Below are positions 1-10,930 of a DNA stretch of 48,255 bases, piece by piece. Location of the stretch: assembly GCF_006345805.1 (NCBI RefSeq), contig NW_021834625.1:1-48255 (forward strand), given 5' to 3'. The notes beneath the pieces were generated by a model. The model was not told where the DNA came from. It ran no database searches and was given only the letters and a program-made list of their open reading frames with translations. The number at the start of each line of letters is the position of its first letter. The first letter of the stretch is position 1. The stretch comes from Octopus sinensis (lineage: Eukaryota). A program made the position numbers and the translations under genes.

Positions 1-566
1 TTTTCAAGCACTCTGTTAATACAAATACATCAGGTTAATAATAAAAGAGTTTAGAACTCCAGGCAATAATAAAACTTGATCCGCAGTTGAAGTTCGTCCA
101 CGGTCGACTTAGCGATTCACGATTGAATTCCCCATTTGATATGGCATTTTTCACTGAGTGATATGCAAGAAAGTGCATAAATATTAGTCCTTATTTCTTT
201 ATTTGTGCATTATAGACTTACATGTGTTTCTGATAATCATTATAGGTGCGTTCATAGTTCCTATTTACGCAATCAGTCGATTGATCGATTGAAAAATTGG
301 AATGATCTTAAGAAATACATGCATCTTTGGCTCTGCGCATTAATTTACACAGTGCGAGTTTTTAAAATCGTTCAGTTTTATCAAATGATCAATCGACCTA
401 TTGAGAAAACGGAATAATGAAAGCACATATAATGTATATCAGAAACAGTTATGAGTCTAAGATGTACAAATAACGAAATAAGAAGCGCTCATTTTTTATG
501 CCATTTCTTTCACACGCATATACACACACACGAAGCAAACAATCATATATATATATAGACACACAA

Positions 567-612
<46 letters not shown>

Positions 613-689
613 ATAACAAACATATATATACAAACATATATATGTATATATATATATCTATATATATATATGGGTTTGTGTGTGTGTGC

Positions 690-1870
690 GGGTTGCGGTG
701 AATATATTGTCGTCTAAATTACTCAAAAATGAAAATAACACTACCAAAATGACGCAATAATATCTTGAAATACTAAAGGGTAAATTTATTGAACAAAATC
801 GCCTTTGGCTTCAACCACGGCCTCCAGACGACTTCGGAATCTCCTGCAACTCTTGTGGACAGTCTCTTTATTTTAAGTTGGTGAATGCTACCATAATCTT
901 TGCTTTCAGTTCGTCTTTGCTGATACAAGGGGTCCCTCATATAATAATTAAAGGGGTTGCAATCTGGTTAGTTTGGTGGCCTGATGTTATGAGGGATGTG
1001 GTCGCAGAAATTGTCTGACAGCCATGACTGGGTTCTCCTGCTTGTGTGGTATGGTACAGTCCTGTTGACAGATGTAGGGTCTTCCAGCAGACACCCTCTC
1101 GACCCAGGGCAGCACTAACTCCTCCAGGCACTTGATGTAGGCCTCCGTGTTCAGTCTGAGGCCGTGTGGGAAGATGAATGGAGCCATAACGTCGCCATCA
1201 CTAATGATCACTCCAAAATTCATGATGTTGACTGAATGTTTGATTTTATTGGGGACACGGCAAGCCAACTGTTGCTCTGCGTGTTCACCTGGTAGAAATT
1301 TTGCTCGTCTGAGAAAAACCAAAATGCATAAGTTTGTTCGTAGCGAGTTCTTTCCTCTTGTGCTTGATGGCTTGGGATAAAAATTGGCCCTTTTTCATAT
1401 TGTATGAGGAATAACGAATGTCTTTATGCACTACCTGCCTTATGAGAAACTCAGACACTCCCATGTCCCTGGAAATTGACCTGACTGGTCGTTTTCAATC
1501 ATGGCCTGGATGTGACTAACAAATTCAGGAGTTTTTTCCTTATCAGAAAGATCAGAGTTTTTTTCCGAGCTGACGTACCTTCGGAATCAACATTAGACTC
1601 ATCCAACTCTTTCCGAATCATCTGCCCTGTTCTCAAATTAACATCCACACACTCTAAAATGTTCGTATTGGAGCTTACAGCGCGGATGCCAACAAGTACA
1701 ACAGGTCGTTTCCAAATAACTGGCAGAGTGAATTGTGTCATGATGTTGTTTTTCTCCCAGGCGGTGCCCAAATGACCCTACCATACTATGTAGCCAACAA
1801 GATCAAAAATAAACAATGTGCATGTGCGAAATTAAAAATAGAAAATAGCAACAGTTTACCTATCGCACAA
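690..1870 (-). mobile_element. Degenerate Tc1/mariner DNA transposon, DD37D (maT-like), transposase pseudogene
   Basis: Minus-strand translation across frameshifts gives WFFSDEQNF ... KHSVNIMNFGVIISDGDVMAPFIFPHGLRLNTEAYIKCLEELVLPWVERVSAGRPYICQQD ... HTSRRTQSWLSDNFCDHIPHNIRPPN*PDCNPFNYY. After one frameshift correction there are 37 residues between the second D and the third catalytic position (here N). About 1.18 kb with weak, decayed TIR-like ends. Confidence 0.85.
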
Positions 1871-1910
1871 TATATATATATATATATATTATATATTATA
1901 TATATATATT

Positions 1911-2141
1911 GATAGAAAAGGTAAGACAAAAGAAAGAAAGAGACCTCTTATTATGTAAATAGAGGAATTTATCTGTAATATATGTGACAATTATTCGGCA
2001 GCCATGATAAAACTCCGAGTTTCGGATTTTCATAGCACTCTTTCAACGGTCGAATAGATAGAAGCGTGGGTATCTGCTCCGACATCCGAAAGTCAGAGTT
2101 TTATAAGGGCTATCGAATAATTGTCACATATTATATTTACA
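1911..2141. mobile_element. Short fold-back element in (TA)n, probable Penelope-like pseudo-LTR derivative
   Basis: Imperfect inverted arms 1981-2027 and 2084-2130. The minus strand of the left arm retains GAAA-CTC-G-GAG-TT, the same stem III architecture as the HHR at 6669. Flanked on both sides by (TA)n. Confidence 0.55.
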
Positions 2142-2177
2142 TATATATATATATATATCCATGTGTGTGCGTGTGCG

Positions 2178-2410
2178 TGTGTCTCTATGTTTGTCCCCCC
2201 CCACCACCACCACCACCACTAATACCGTTTGACAAATGATGTTGGTATGTTTATGTCCTCGCAACTTAGCAGTTCGGCAAAATAGACTATAGAATAAGTA
2301 TTAGGTTTCAAACAAATAAGTATGGTGTCGATTTGTTTCTGTTCGACTAAAGGCGGTGCTCTAGTATGGCCGCAGTCAAATGACTGAAATTACTGAAAGA
2401 AGTAAAAGAA
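2178..2410 (+). mobile_element. SINE family B (internal-microsatellite type), 3' half
   Basis: Matches other copies in the window: ...gttcggcaaaa...gaataagta...ctaaaggcggtgct...ggccgcagtcaaatgactgaaa...gtaaaaga. Confidence 0.85.
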
Positions 2411-2430
2411 TGCATACATACATACATATA

Positions 2431-2642
2431 TACTCTCTTTTCTCTTTTACTTGTTTCAGTCATTTGACTGCGGCCATGCTGGAGCACCGCCTTTAATCGA
2501 GCAAATCGACCCAGGGACTTATTTTTTTTTGTAAGCCCAGTACTTATTCTATCGGTCTCTTTTGCCGAACCGCTAAGTAACGGGGACATAAACACACCAG
2601 CATCGGTTGTCAAGCAATGCTAGGGGGACAAACACAGACACG

Positions 2643-2677
<35 letters not shown>

Positions 2678-2753
2678 GACGGGCTTCTTTCAGTTTCCGT
2701 CTACCAAATCCACTCACAAGGCTTTGGTCGGCCCGAGGCTATAGTAGAAGACA
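2431..2753 (-). mobile_element. SINE family B, 5'-truncated, with internal (TA)n
   Basis: Reverse complement of the family B body (ttttacttgtttcagtcatttgactgcggcc ... gacgggcttctttcagtttccgtctaccaaatccactcacaaggctttggtcggcccgaggctatagtagaagac). Confidence 0.9.
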
Positions 2754-2754
2754 G

Positions 2755-2777
<23 letters not shown>

Positions 2778-2786
<9 letters not shown>

Positions 2787-2968
2787 CCTATATTTTTTTC
2801 CTCTGTCTTCCCTTCTTGGGATCTTTCCTTCTCCTTGTTTCCGACGAAGAGCTCCGTTCGAAACGTTAAACCCTCCTTCCCTTCTTTCCTGAGCGTCAAA
2901 TAATACTTTAATTGTTCCACGTCCTCGCGTTGCTTGTTTTTTTCTGTGTTTTCTTGTTTGGATTAACT
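2778..2968 (+). mobile_element. Short PLE pseudo-LTR-like element in (TA)n with HHR-like motif at 2837-2871
   Basis: gttt-CCGACGA-A-gagc(tcc)gttc-GAAA-cg-TT-aaac: stem I gttt/aaac, stem II gagc/gttc, palindromic stem III AACGTT. Flanked by (TA)n; related to the elements at 3755, 18412 and 43454. Confidence 0.6.
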
Positions 2969-3309
2969 ATATATATATATATACGCGCGCGAAACATACA
3001 TAGCTATATAATATATATGTATGTATATATATATACATATATATACACATATTCAAATACTTACCTGCACTCTTACACACATGCACACGTATATCTCTCA
3101 GCCTGTCCGTTTGACTATCTGCCTATCTGTTTGTATGAATGTATTATGTATATGCGTAGGTACGCATGCATATATATATATATGTGTGTAACTGTGTGCG
3201 TGTTTGTGGTTGTGTATGTATGTGTGTATGCATGTGTGCGTTTCTTAGAGTGTATATTTTGATTCAATGCCTGTATGATACCCGCGCATTTGACAAGACG
3301 ATGAATCTG

Positions 3310-3567
3310 CTAACTGAATAAAACACCTAAAGCACCACGAGGCTCCGGCAGGGGATGCTGTACTATTTCGCCACAACTTTCTCTCACTCTTACTTCCGTT
3401 GTACCTGTTTTTCAAAGGACCAGCCTTGTCACACTGTGTCACGCTGAATTTCCCCGAGGACTATGTTAAAGGTATACGTGTCCGTGGTGTGCTTAGCTAC
3501 TTGCATGTTAATTTCACGAGCAGGCTGTTCCGTTGACCGGATCAACTGGAACCCTCGTCATAACCGA
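3310..3567 (+). mobile_element. tRNA-Arg-derived SINE (OR-like), 5'-truncated
   Basis: Body and tail match 23047-23437 (aaaacacctaaagc...gaggctccggcagggg...cagccttgtcacac...gcaggctgttccgttga...aaccctcgtc). Confidence 0.85.
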
Positions 3568-3648
3568 TATTACCAACGTATATATACTAACGTAATATCT
3601 ATATATATTATATATATATATATATATATAATATATATTAATATATAG

Positions 3649-3680
<32 letters not shown>

Positions 3681-3684
3681 ATAC

Positions 3685-3729
<45 letters not shown>

Positions 3730-3754
3730 ACCTAATAATACGTTATATGTATGT

Positions 3755-3941
3755 TGGATCGTTAGCCCCTAAACGCAATTTTTGTCTCTCCTTGTTTCTT
3801 TCTGTTTATCTTTCTGTCGAAGAGCGTAGGCTCGAAACGTAAAAGACTTGTTTTTTTCTATTCTTGAGCGCCATTACTAATACATTGTTTGTTTGTACTC
3901 CACCTGCCTTCGTCTTTTGTTTATTTCGCTAAACCATCCCG

Positions 3942-3943
<2 letters not shown>
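3755..3943 (+). mobile_element. Short PLE pseudo-LTR-like element in (TA)n with variant HHR-like motif at 3810-3845
   Basis: cttt-CTGTCGA-A-gagc(gtag)gctc-GAAA-cg-TA-aaag. Homologous to the minus-strand copies at 18412-18652 and 43454-43660. Confidence 0.65.
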
Positions 3944-3986
<43 letters not shown>

Positions 3987-4339
3987 ATTATATATATATA
4001 TATATATATTATATATAAGTTGAAATGAACTGGCCTATTACCAAGAGACAAATCTACTCTTAAAACGAAGATCCGCTAAAGGTATCTCAAACCACGGAGT
4101 GCTGATGAGTGTCAGATGAGTACTACCAACTATGTCGAAGCTACGGCTGGACTTGAATTCAGGATGATAATAGCCTAAAGCAATACCGCAAGGCATCCCG
4201 AATAAACCACAACTGAGCAAAATATTAGTATAGTATATTAGAATTCGATAGTATTCGAACGCAGAATATGACGTGCGGAAATAAATGCTATTGGGGTACT
4301 CTAGTGACCCTGCCAAGGCGTAAACACAAACACACACAC

Positions 4340-4553
4340 ACACACAATCACACACACACACACACATATTTATAACTATAAATGAAGTGAGTACGAACGT
4401 ACATGCCTATCTATCTATCTATCTATTCTTATATAATTTACATATATATACATATGTGTATATAAGTAAATATATTAATATGTATGCATATGTATATATA
4501 TATACATATACATATATACATTGTATGTTAAGCATATATGTACATATACATGC

Positions 4554-4613
<60 letters not shown>

Positions 4614-5033
4614 ATATAATATATGAACGAATGGAAGCATATAACCATGTATATAATGTCTTCGAATGCGTGTATATGTAAGCACATTGGTTGTGCGTCT
4701 TGTAAGTGAATATGTACATGTACTATTTGAATGCATGTCGTATATGGATATATATATTATATATATATATATATATTATATATATATATATAATATATAT
4801 ATATAATATATATATATACATATAGAATATAATAATTATATATACTATATATACCATATATACATATATATATATAGATATATAATATTTATTTATATAT
4901 ATATTTATAAAGATGTATATATATGTATATATACAATTATATATATATATATACATATAAGTATATACATGTATGTGCGTGTTTGTCAATGTTTCTCAAT
5001 TCCCTTTATACAAACGCACGTGTGACGCACAAG

Positions 5034-5082
<49 letters not shown>

Positions 5083-5505
5083 ACACATACATACACACGC
5101 ACATATATACATACTCAGGAACACGCAAACAAACAAGATACACAACACATTACTTTATTGCTAAACTCTTAACTGAAAATAAACTCAAATAACTTGAAAT
5201 ATAAATTTTATTTCAATCAAATAAATATTACATTGTAAATAATTTAATAAAATATTTTCCAAACATAGTTTATATTATTTTTATTCTCCCTCTCCCAGCA
5301 CGATATCGCATTTGTATTTGCTACATAAATAAAATATGTGTCAAGTACGAGTCGAATATTTGTCTTTTCCTATATAATCTACATTCATTATTAATACAAT
5401 TATAAAGCCGACAACTCTTTAATTTACTTAGTGGAGAATTTTTAAATACCTACTGATGTTTTCTACTTTTTGATGTAATCATATGTGCGCGTGAGTGTGG
5501 AGAGG

Positions 5506-5548
<43 letters not shown>

Positions 5549-6111
5549 CTATATATATATATATATATTATATATATATATATATATATAATATATCGTA
5601 TATACATATATATATATACCTATAAATATATATATATACACCACACAAATATATATAATACAACACACCCATATATATATATATATACACTACATACACA
5701 CACACACACATATATATATATATACACACACACACATATATATATAATTACATACACACCACACACACACACACATATAGATTATATATATTATATATAT
5801 ATATACTTACGGATATCTGTGTGCGTATTTTTATGTGCATGTGGTGTGTGTGTGTGTGTGTGTGCGTGTGTGGAATTGCAGGATGGAACTCAAATGCATA
5901 TCGTATGATTGAGCTGAAAGAGACAGAACGTCATCTTAAACAGAATTCTTGATATCGTTACGTATTGTTTATTAATTTACCCACGTACATGTGTGTGTAT
6001 ACAAATATATTACCACTTACTGGGTACAAACGTGCGCAGGCGCGCACACACGCACACTTATACAAATATATATGCATTTTTATGCATATATATCATATAT
6101 ATGCATATATG

Positions 6112-6178
<67 letters not shown>

Positions 6179-6500
6179 TAATAGTAGATAGATAGATATA
6201 TGGATATTATATGTATATATATCCATATATCTATCTATCTATCTCTCTCTCTCTCTCGCTCTCTCTATAATATATATATATATTAATATATAAGTTATAT
6301 CAAAGTGTGTACTTATATGATTTATACACACACGCACACACACACATATTTATATATATCATTGGAAAGAGAGAGAGGGGATATAGATACATAGGTGGAA
6401 ACTTAAGAACTTACATATTGATCAGCAGACAGAAATCTCTATTTATTTATATATGAGCATCTGTTATATATATATTATATATATATATATTATATTATTA
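4340..6500. repeat. Compound microsatellite field (TA)n/(CA)n/(GA)n/(GATA)n
   Basis: Long interrupted dinucleotide tracts with short unique spacers; source of the YIYI/HTHT pseudo-ORFs. Confidence 0.95.
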
Positions 6501-6506
6501 TATATA

Positions 6507-6740
6507 CCGGAGTAAACACATAAATGTGGAACGAGGTGGAAAAAAGAGTACTCGAATACCAGTGGTAGAGTAATATGCTTTATTTAAAGCAGCAGAAAAT
6601 TCAACAAAATCTGTTACTCTGAGTTTCTCGTTGCCGTTCATCAGGCAGTTTTTTCTAGCAAAAACTGTCTGATGAACGGCAACGAGAAACTCAGAGTAAC
6701 AGATTTTGTTGAATTTTCTGCTGCTTTAAATAAAGTATAT
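6507..6740. mobile_element. Palindromic PLE pseudo-LTR-like element in (TA)n
   Basis: 82-bp arms 6573-6654 and 6659-6740 around a central CTAG with only 3 mismatches. Each strand carries a hammerhead motif. (TA)n on both sides. Confidence 0.8.
6661..6707 (+). ncRNA. Minimal type I hammerhead ribozyme motif
   Basis: Stem I ctgt (6665-68)/acag (6699-6702), extendable by aaaa/tttt. Core CTGATGA 6669-75; stem II a-cg-GCAA-cg-a (GNRA loop, A-A instead of a closing pair); GAAA 6686-89; stem III A-ctc-a-gag-T; cleavage triplet GUA ending at 6698. Confidence 0.7.
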
Positions 6741-7280
6741 ATATATATATATATATATACCTCTATCTATCTATTATCTATCCATCTTTCTTTCTTTCTT
6801 TCTTTCTGTCGATCTACCTGTTCATGTATATGTAATTATGTATACATGCATCAACATAATGTGTATATACTTGATTGTGTGTGTGTGTGTTATATTTATA
6901 CCTATATATTTGTGTATTCCTACATATTGTGCCTCTATAAGCCTAACCGATTCTACCAGACACAGTGCTGTTGCTCCTGTTACTGATGATCATGGTGATG
7001 CTGATGACTTGGTAATACGACGCGACAACTTACAGATTTAGAATCTGCAGAATCATGATAATGAGAACATTATGTATTCTTTCACCGGTCGCAACGTTGG
7101 AATGCTAGATTTTATTAGCTGTTGAGGCGAAAGAAGAAACCCAAATCTCACCTTGATTGCTGTTGAGAACCGTCTCACCCTTTACACTGCTTCACCTTTG
7201 TGCGATAAAATCGTTAATGCCAGCATAAATACTTATAAAATATCAAATAATTAGCAATTATGATACAGTAATAATAACTG

Positions 7281-7566
7281 TGTGGAGGTACATGGCCTAG
7301 TGGTTAGAGCAGCGGACTCGCGGTCGAGGGTTCGCGGTCGAGGGTTCGCGGGTTCGAATCTCAGACCGGGTGATGTGTGTGTTTATGAGCGAAACACCTA
7401 AGCTCCACGCGGCTCCGGCAGAAGGTAATGGCGACCTTCTGTTGACTCTTTCGCCGCAATTTTCTCTCATTCTTTCCTCCTGCATATTGCAGCTCACCTG
7501 TGAGACGGACCGGCGTCCCGTCCAGGTGTCGAACCTATACGCCAAGGAAACCGGGAAACCGGCCCT
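7281..7566 (+). mobile_element. tRNA-Arg-derived SINE (OR-like family C)
   Basis: A box tggcctagtgg, anticodon arm gacTCGcggtc, B box ggttcgaatc; internal 14-bp tandem duplication cgcggtcgagggtt; homologous to 44274-44577. Confidence 0.9.
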
Positions 7567-7569
7567 AAA

Positions 7570-7813
7570 GGGCAAGTGGCTCAATGGTTAAGATGCTGGA
7601 CTCGTGATCGTAAGATTGTGGTTTCGATTGCTGGATCGGGCGACGCATTATGTTCTTAAGGAAAACATTTCATTCCGCGTTGCTCCAATCCACTCAGCTG
7701 GAAAGTATAAGTAACCATGCAACGGACCGGCGTCCCCTCCAGGTATGAAATATATATATACACAATGGAAACCAGTAATACGGCCTTATTAGTCTATATG
7801 AATCGAGAAGGAA
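7570..7813 (+). mobile_element. tRNA-derived SINE variant (alternative core, family C-type tail)
   Basis: Head tggctcaatggttaag...ggactcgtgatcg...tttcgatt; core tgttcttaaggaaaaca...gttgctccaatccactcagctgg; tail acggaccggcgtccc...gagaaggaa. Confidence 0.75.
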
Positions 7814-7840
7814 TTTTACTTTTCTACTGTTCAATAAACG

Positions 7841-8052
7841 TTTCTAATATAGACACAATGCCTGGAATTTTGGGATAAGGGCTAAGTCGATTACATCGAC
7901 CCCAGTATTCAGCTGGTACTTAAGTTTTGGTTACCGAAAGGACAAAAGGCAAAGTCGATCTCAGCGGAATTTGAACTCAGAACGTAGATGCAGACGCAAT
8001 ACCCCTAAGCATTTCGTTCGGCGTGCTAACGATTCTGCCAGCTCGCCGCCTT
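7841..8052 (-). mobile_element. SINE family A (ggcggcgagctggcagaa head)
   Basis: Reverse complement of the family A head, B box gagttcaaattcc and core. Confidence 0.85.
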
Positions 8053-8099
8053 ACTACTTTTTAATAATGGCTAATTATTAGCGCCAGAAGCAGTATTAG

Positions 8100-8820
8100 T
8101 ACCAAAAAGCAATCATTATATCCAACTTAACGAGAATGCATTGTTAGAAACGTCGAATACTGCGTCATTAGCTCCGAAGGAACCTCCCATATAGGCACTT
8201 GATACATACAATTACCCATATAGATCGTAGTAGACGCAAGTAGTCTATTACGTCTTACGGGCACGGAAACTCACATACCACGTGATTCCAGCCTGTAAGA
8301 TATCATCAGCGGGAGACGAACAAGGGAGCTTTGGACACATTACAGACAGTTTTCGTCTTCTGCGATCTATATATGTGTTTTTACACCCTTAGCGTCCATA
8401 TGAGAGACTCTCTCAAGGTTAATAACACAGTTTTCAGTTTTCTAAGACATCCACCTCAAGTTGGCTATAAACATTGCATTCGAGATCAAATACTGCTTCC
8501 ATTGCAAACAATTAATTATTTTGATAAGCCTACCGTCTACTTGTGTCATTAGTGTCTGATATTCTACATATCGTAGCAGCGAGATTGACCTGGTATGTGG
8601 TAACCGGACGCCTACCACTGATGATATCTAGTCGACTGAAATCAAGTGATATGGGAGTTACCATACCCATAACAGACGATTCTGCTATGGTCTGTGTGTT
8701 CAGTTTTTATGCGCACCAAACGTCTGTATCAGAGGTTCTCTTAATGCTGATAACGCAATATTCAGTATTCCAATAGGACAACCACGTTAAGTTGGATACA
8801 AAGATTGCCCTTTAGTAAGA
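8100..8820. mobile_element. Ancient inverted-repeat element (~220-bp arms) with HHR motif; probable PLE with inverted pseudo-LTRs
   Basis: 8100-8318 aligns by eye (~65-75% identity) to the reverse complement of 8609-8820, e.g. tatccaacttaacg/cgttaagttggata and gatatcatcagcgggag/ctaccactgatgatatc. Spacer ~290 bp. Confidence 0.7.
8612..8657 (+). ncRNA. Degenerate minimal type I hammerhead ribozyme motif
   Basis: ctacca-CTGATGA(8618-24)-tatctagtcgact-GAAA(8638-41)-tcaagtga-TA-tgggag. The consensus with the other arm restores stem I ctccca/tgggag and the palindromic stem III ATCACGTGAT; stem II has decayed. Confidence 0.55.
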
Positions 8821-8879
8821 GTAACTTTCTATTAAATTCTGATTTGGTCAAACCAAAGGCCTTTTAGTTTGATACAACT

Positions 8880-10930
8880 TGTTACTTTTCAGCATCGGCT
8901 TCAGTACTTGAAAGGTACTTTATTATACAGACCACCACAGATCGAAATGTAGATTCGACCTTTTTGACAGCTTTTTACAGATCAGAAATTAAGACCATGA
9001 TCTAGCAAAATCATGAGAGCGTCGGGACAAATTGCCTTACGGTATTTCTTCCGTCCTTTTACGTTCAAATCCCACCAAGATCGACTTTGACTGCCATCCG
9101 CTTGGGGTCGATAAAATAATAAAGCTGTCAAATATGTAGGTCGGTACAATCGACTCACGCCCTCTGATCGAAATTACTGGTCTTTGTCCCTAAATTAGAA
9201 ACTTATCCCACAGCCTTTTTCCCACTTATTTGCATTCTGAGTTCAAATCTTATCAGGGTCAACTTTGCTTTCATCGTTCCGGGTTTGATAAAATCAGGAA
9301 CCAGTCTAGTACTGGAATCGATCATATCAACTACTTCACATTCACTCAAAATTGCTGGCCTTGTGTCTGATTCAGAAGCCATTATAGGTATTATAACAAA
9401 GAAGAAAGAAAAATAACTTAAATAGAAAAATAAAAACTACAATCAAAGAAACGATTTCTCATGGTGCTGTATGGAACTCAATTGATCCATTCTTTATGCA
9501 TAATCGAATTATTAATCAGTTCGAAGAGTTCCAATCGTTTATTATCGTTTTCATTTCACCTACTCCATTAATTTCCTCTGGGAGGGTATGACTTTTAAAA
9601 CGTACATTCTTGGGTGTAGTAGCTTGCTTCTCTAACATTTCATTAGTATAATGCCTACGAGGTCTGTTGTTTGAGAGGCAAATGTAATAGTAAGTATTAT
9701 GACAGATTGCAAATATCTTAGAATATTGAATTTTCTAGAATTGTGGTGCATGACAAATTCAGTAGAGCACCGGATTAATTAGCCACTGCTACTTAGAAGT
9801 TCAAATCCTGAGAAAGTAGATGTTATCTTGCATTTTTTCTTTTTATTTTGTATTACGGCGACGGCTTGCAGAATCGTTACCGCGCCGGAAAAAATGCTTA
9901 TCGGTGTTTTTTGCGATTTTACGATCTGAGTTCAACTACCACCGAGGTCAATTTTATCCTTTATCTTTTGGCGGTTGATAAAATAAGTATCAGCCAAGCA
10001 CTTAATTCCACCCACGAAAATGCTGGCCTTGGGTCAAAATTTTGAAGTCAGCATTTGTTCCAGTTCACACCTTTCTGATCTGAGATCAAATCCCGCCGAG
10101 GATAACATTGCCTTCAGACTTTCTGGTTCAGAAAAATAAATGAAAGTTGGAGGTGGACTGGCGAAATAATCTTTTCTGCTCTAGGTACAAGGCCCGGAAT
10201 TTTGGGGGAGGGGGCCAGTCGATTAGATCGACCCCAGTACGCAACTGGTACTTAATTTATCGACCCCTAAAGGATGAAAAGCAAACTCGACCTCGGCGTG
10301 ATTTGAACTCGGAACGTAAAGACAGACGAAATACTGCGAAGCATCTCACCCGGCGTTCTAACGCTTCTGCCAGCTCGCCGCCTTAGGTGGACTGGCGAAA
10401 TAGTTAGAAGGTGGGACTCTATGCCTTGTAGTATTTGTTAGGTCTCTTTCCATTCTGAATTAATCCATTAAGAAGACTTAATTCGTCCCTCAGTATAGCA
10501 CCACCACCTGGTCCTTGGATGGCCTTAACGGGATCCACTCTGATGCAAGCATTCAGTTCAGGTCTTCGGTTTGGGGATACCTTCCTCCCATCATCTCAAA
10601 AACGCAGACAAAAAAATAAAAAATAAAAGATCTAGTGCCCTGCTCTCTACCGCCACTCACCAAATAAAGTGTTGTAAAGGGCAGTGAGCTGGCAGAATAG
10701 GTCGTATGCCGGACAAAATGCTTAGCAGTGTTTTCCCCGTCCTTACGTTCTGAGTTCAAATTCCACCAGTGTCGATTTTAGTCGCTCATCCTCACGCGGT
10801 CGATAAAATAAGCATCAAGTAGGCACTAGGGGTGGTGTAATCGACTTACCCTCGAAATTGCTGGCATTGTGCCAAAATCTGAAACCAATATGTTTATCCT
10901 TGCATTCCAGCTGTTTATGCTCCGGGTTCA
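8880..10930. mobile_element. Cluster of about 8-9 family A SINE copies of differing ages
   Basis: Repeated (g)ttcaaat(c/t)cc...gtcga(c)ttt...ggtcgataaaata motifs at about 9060, 9240, 9800, 9930, 10085, 10750 and 10925 (+), and about 8950 and 10300 (-). Confidence 0.8.
10169..10384 (-). mobile_element. Family A SINE with 18-bp target-site duplication
   Basis: TSD aggtggactggcgaaata at 10151-10168 and 10385-10402. Confidence 0.9.

Noticed and set aside
6955-7120. RHSAVAPVTDDHGDADDLVIRRDNLQ resembles the RT YADD region of RTE LINEs
   Set aside because: A single short motif without convincing collinear flanking motifs; needs BLASTx.
7281-7365. tRNA-Arg(TCG)-like sequences (also at 23047, 24238, 37005, 44577)
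   Set aside because: They have A/B boxes but no proper acceptor stem and continue into SINE bodies; they are SINE heads, not tRNA genes.
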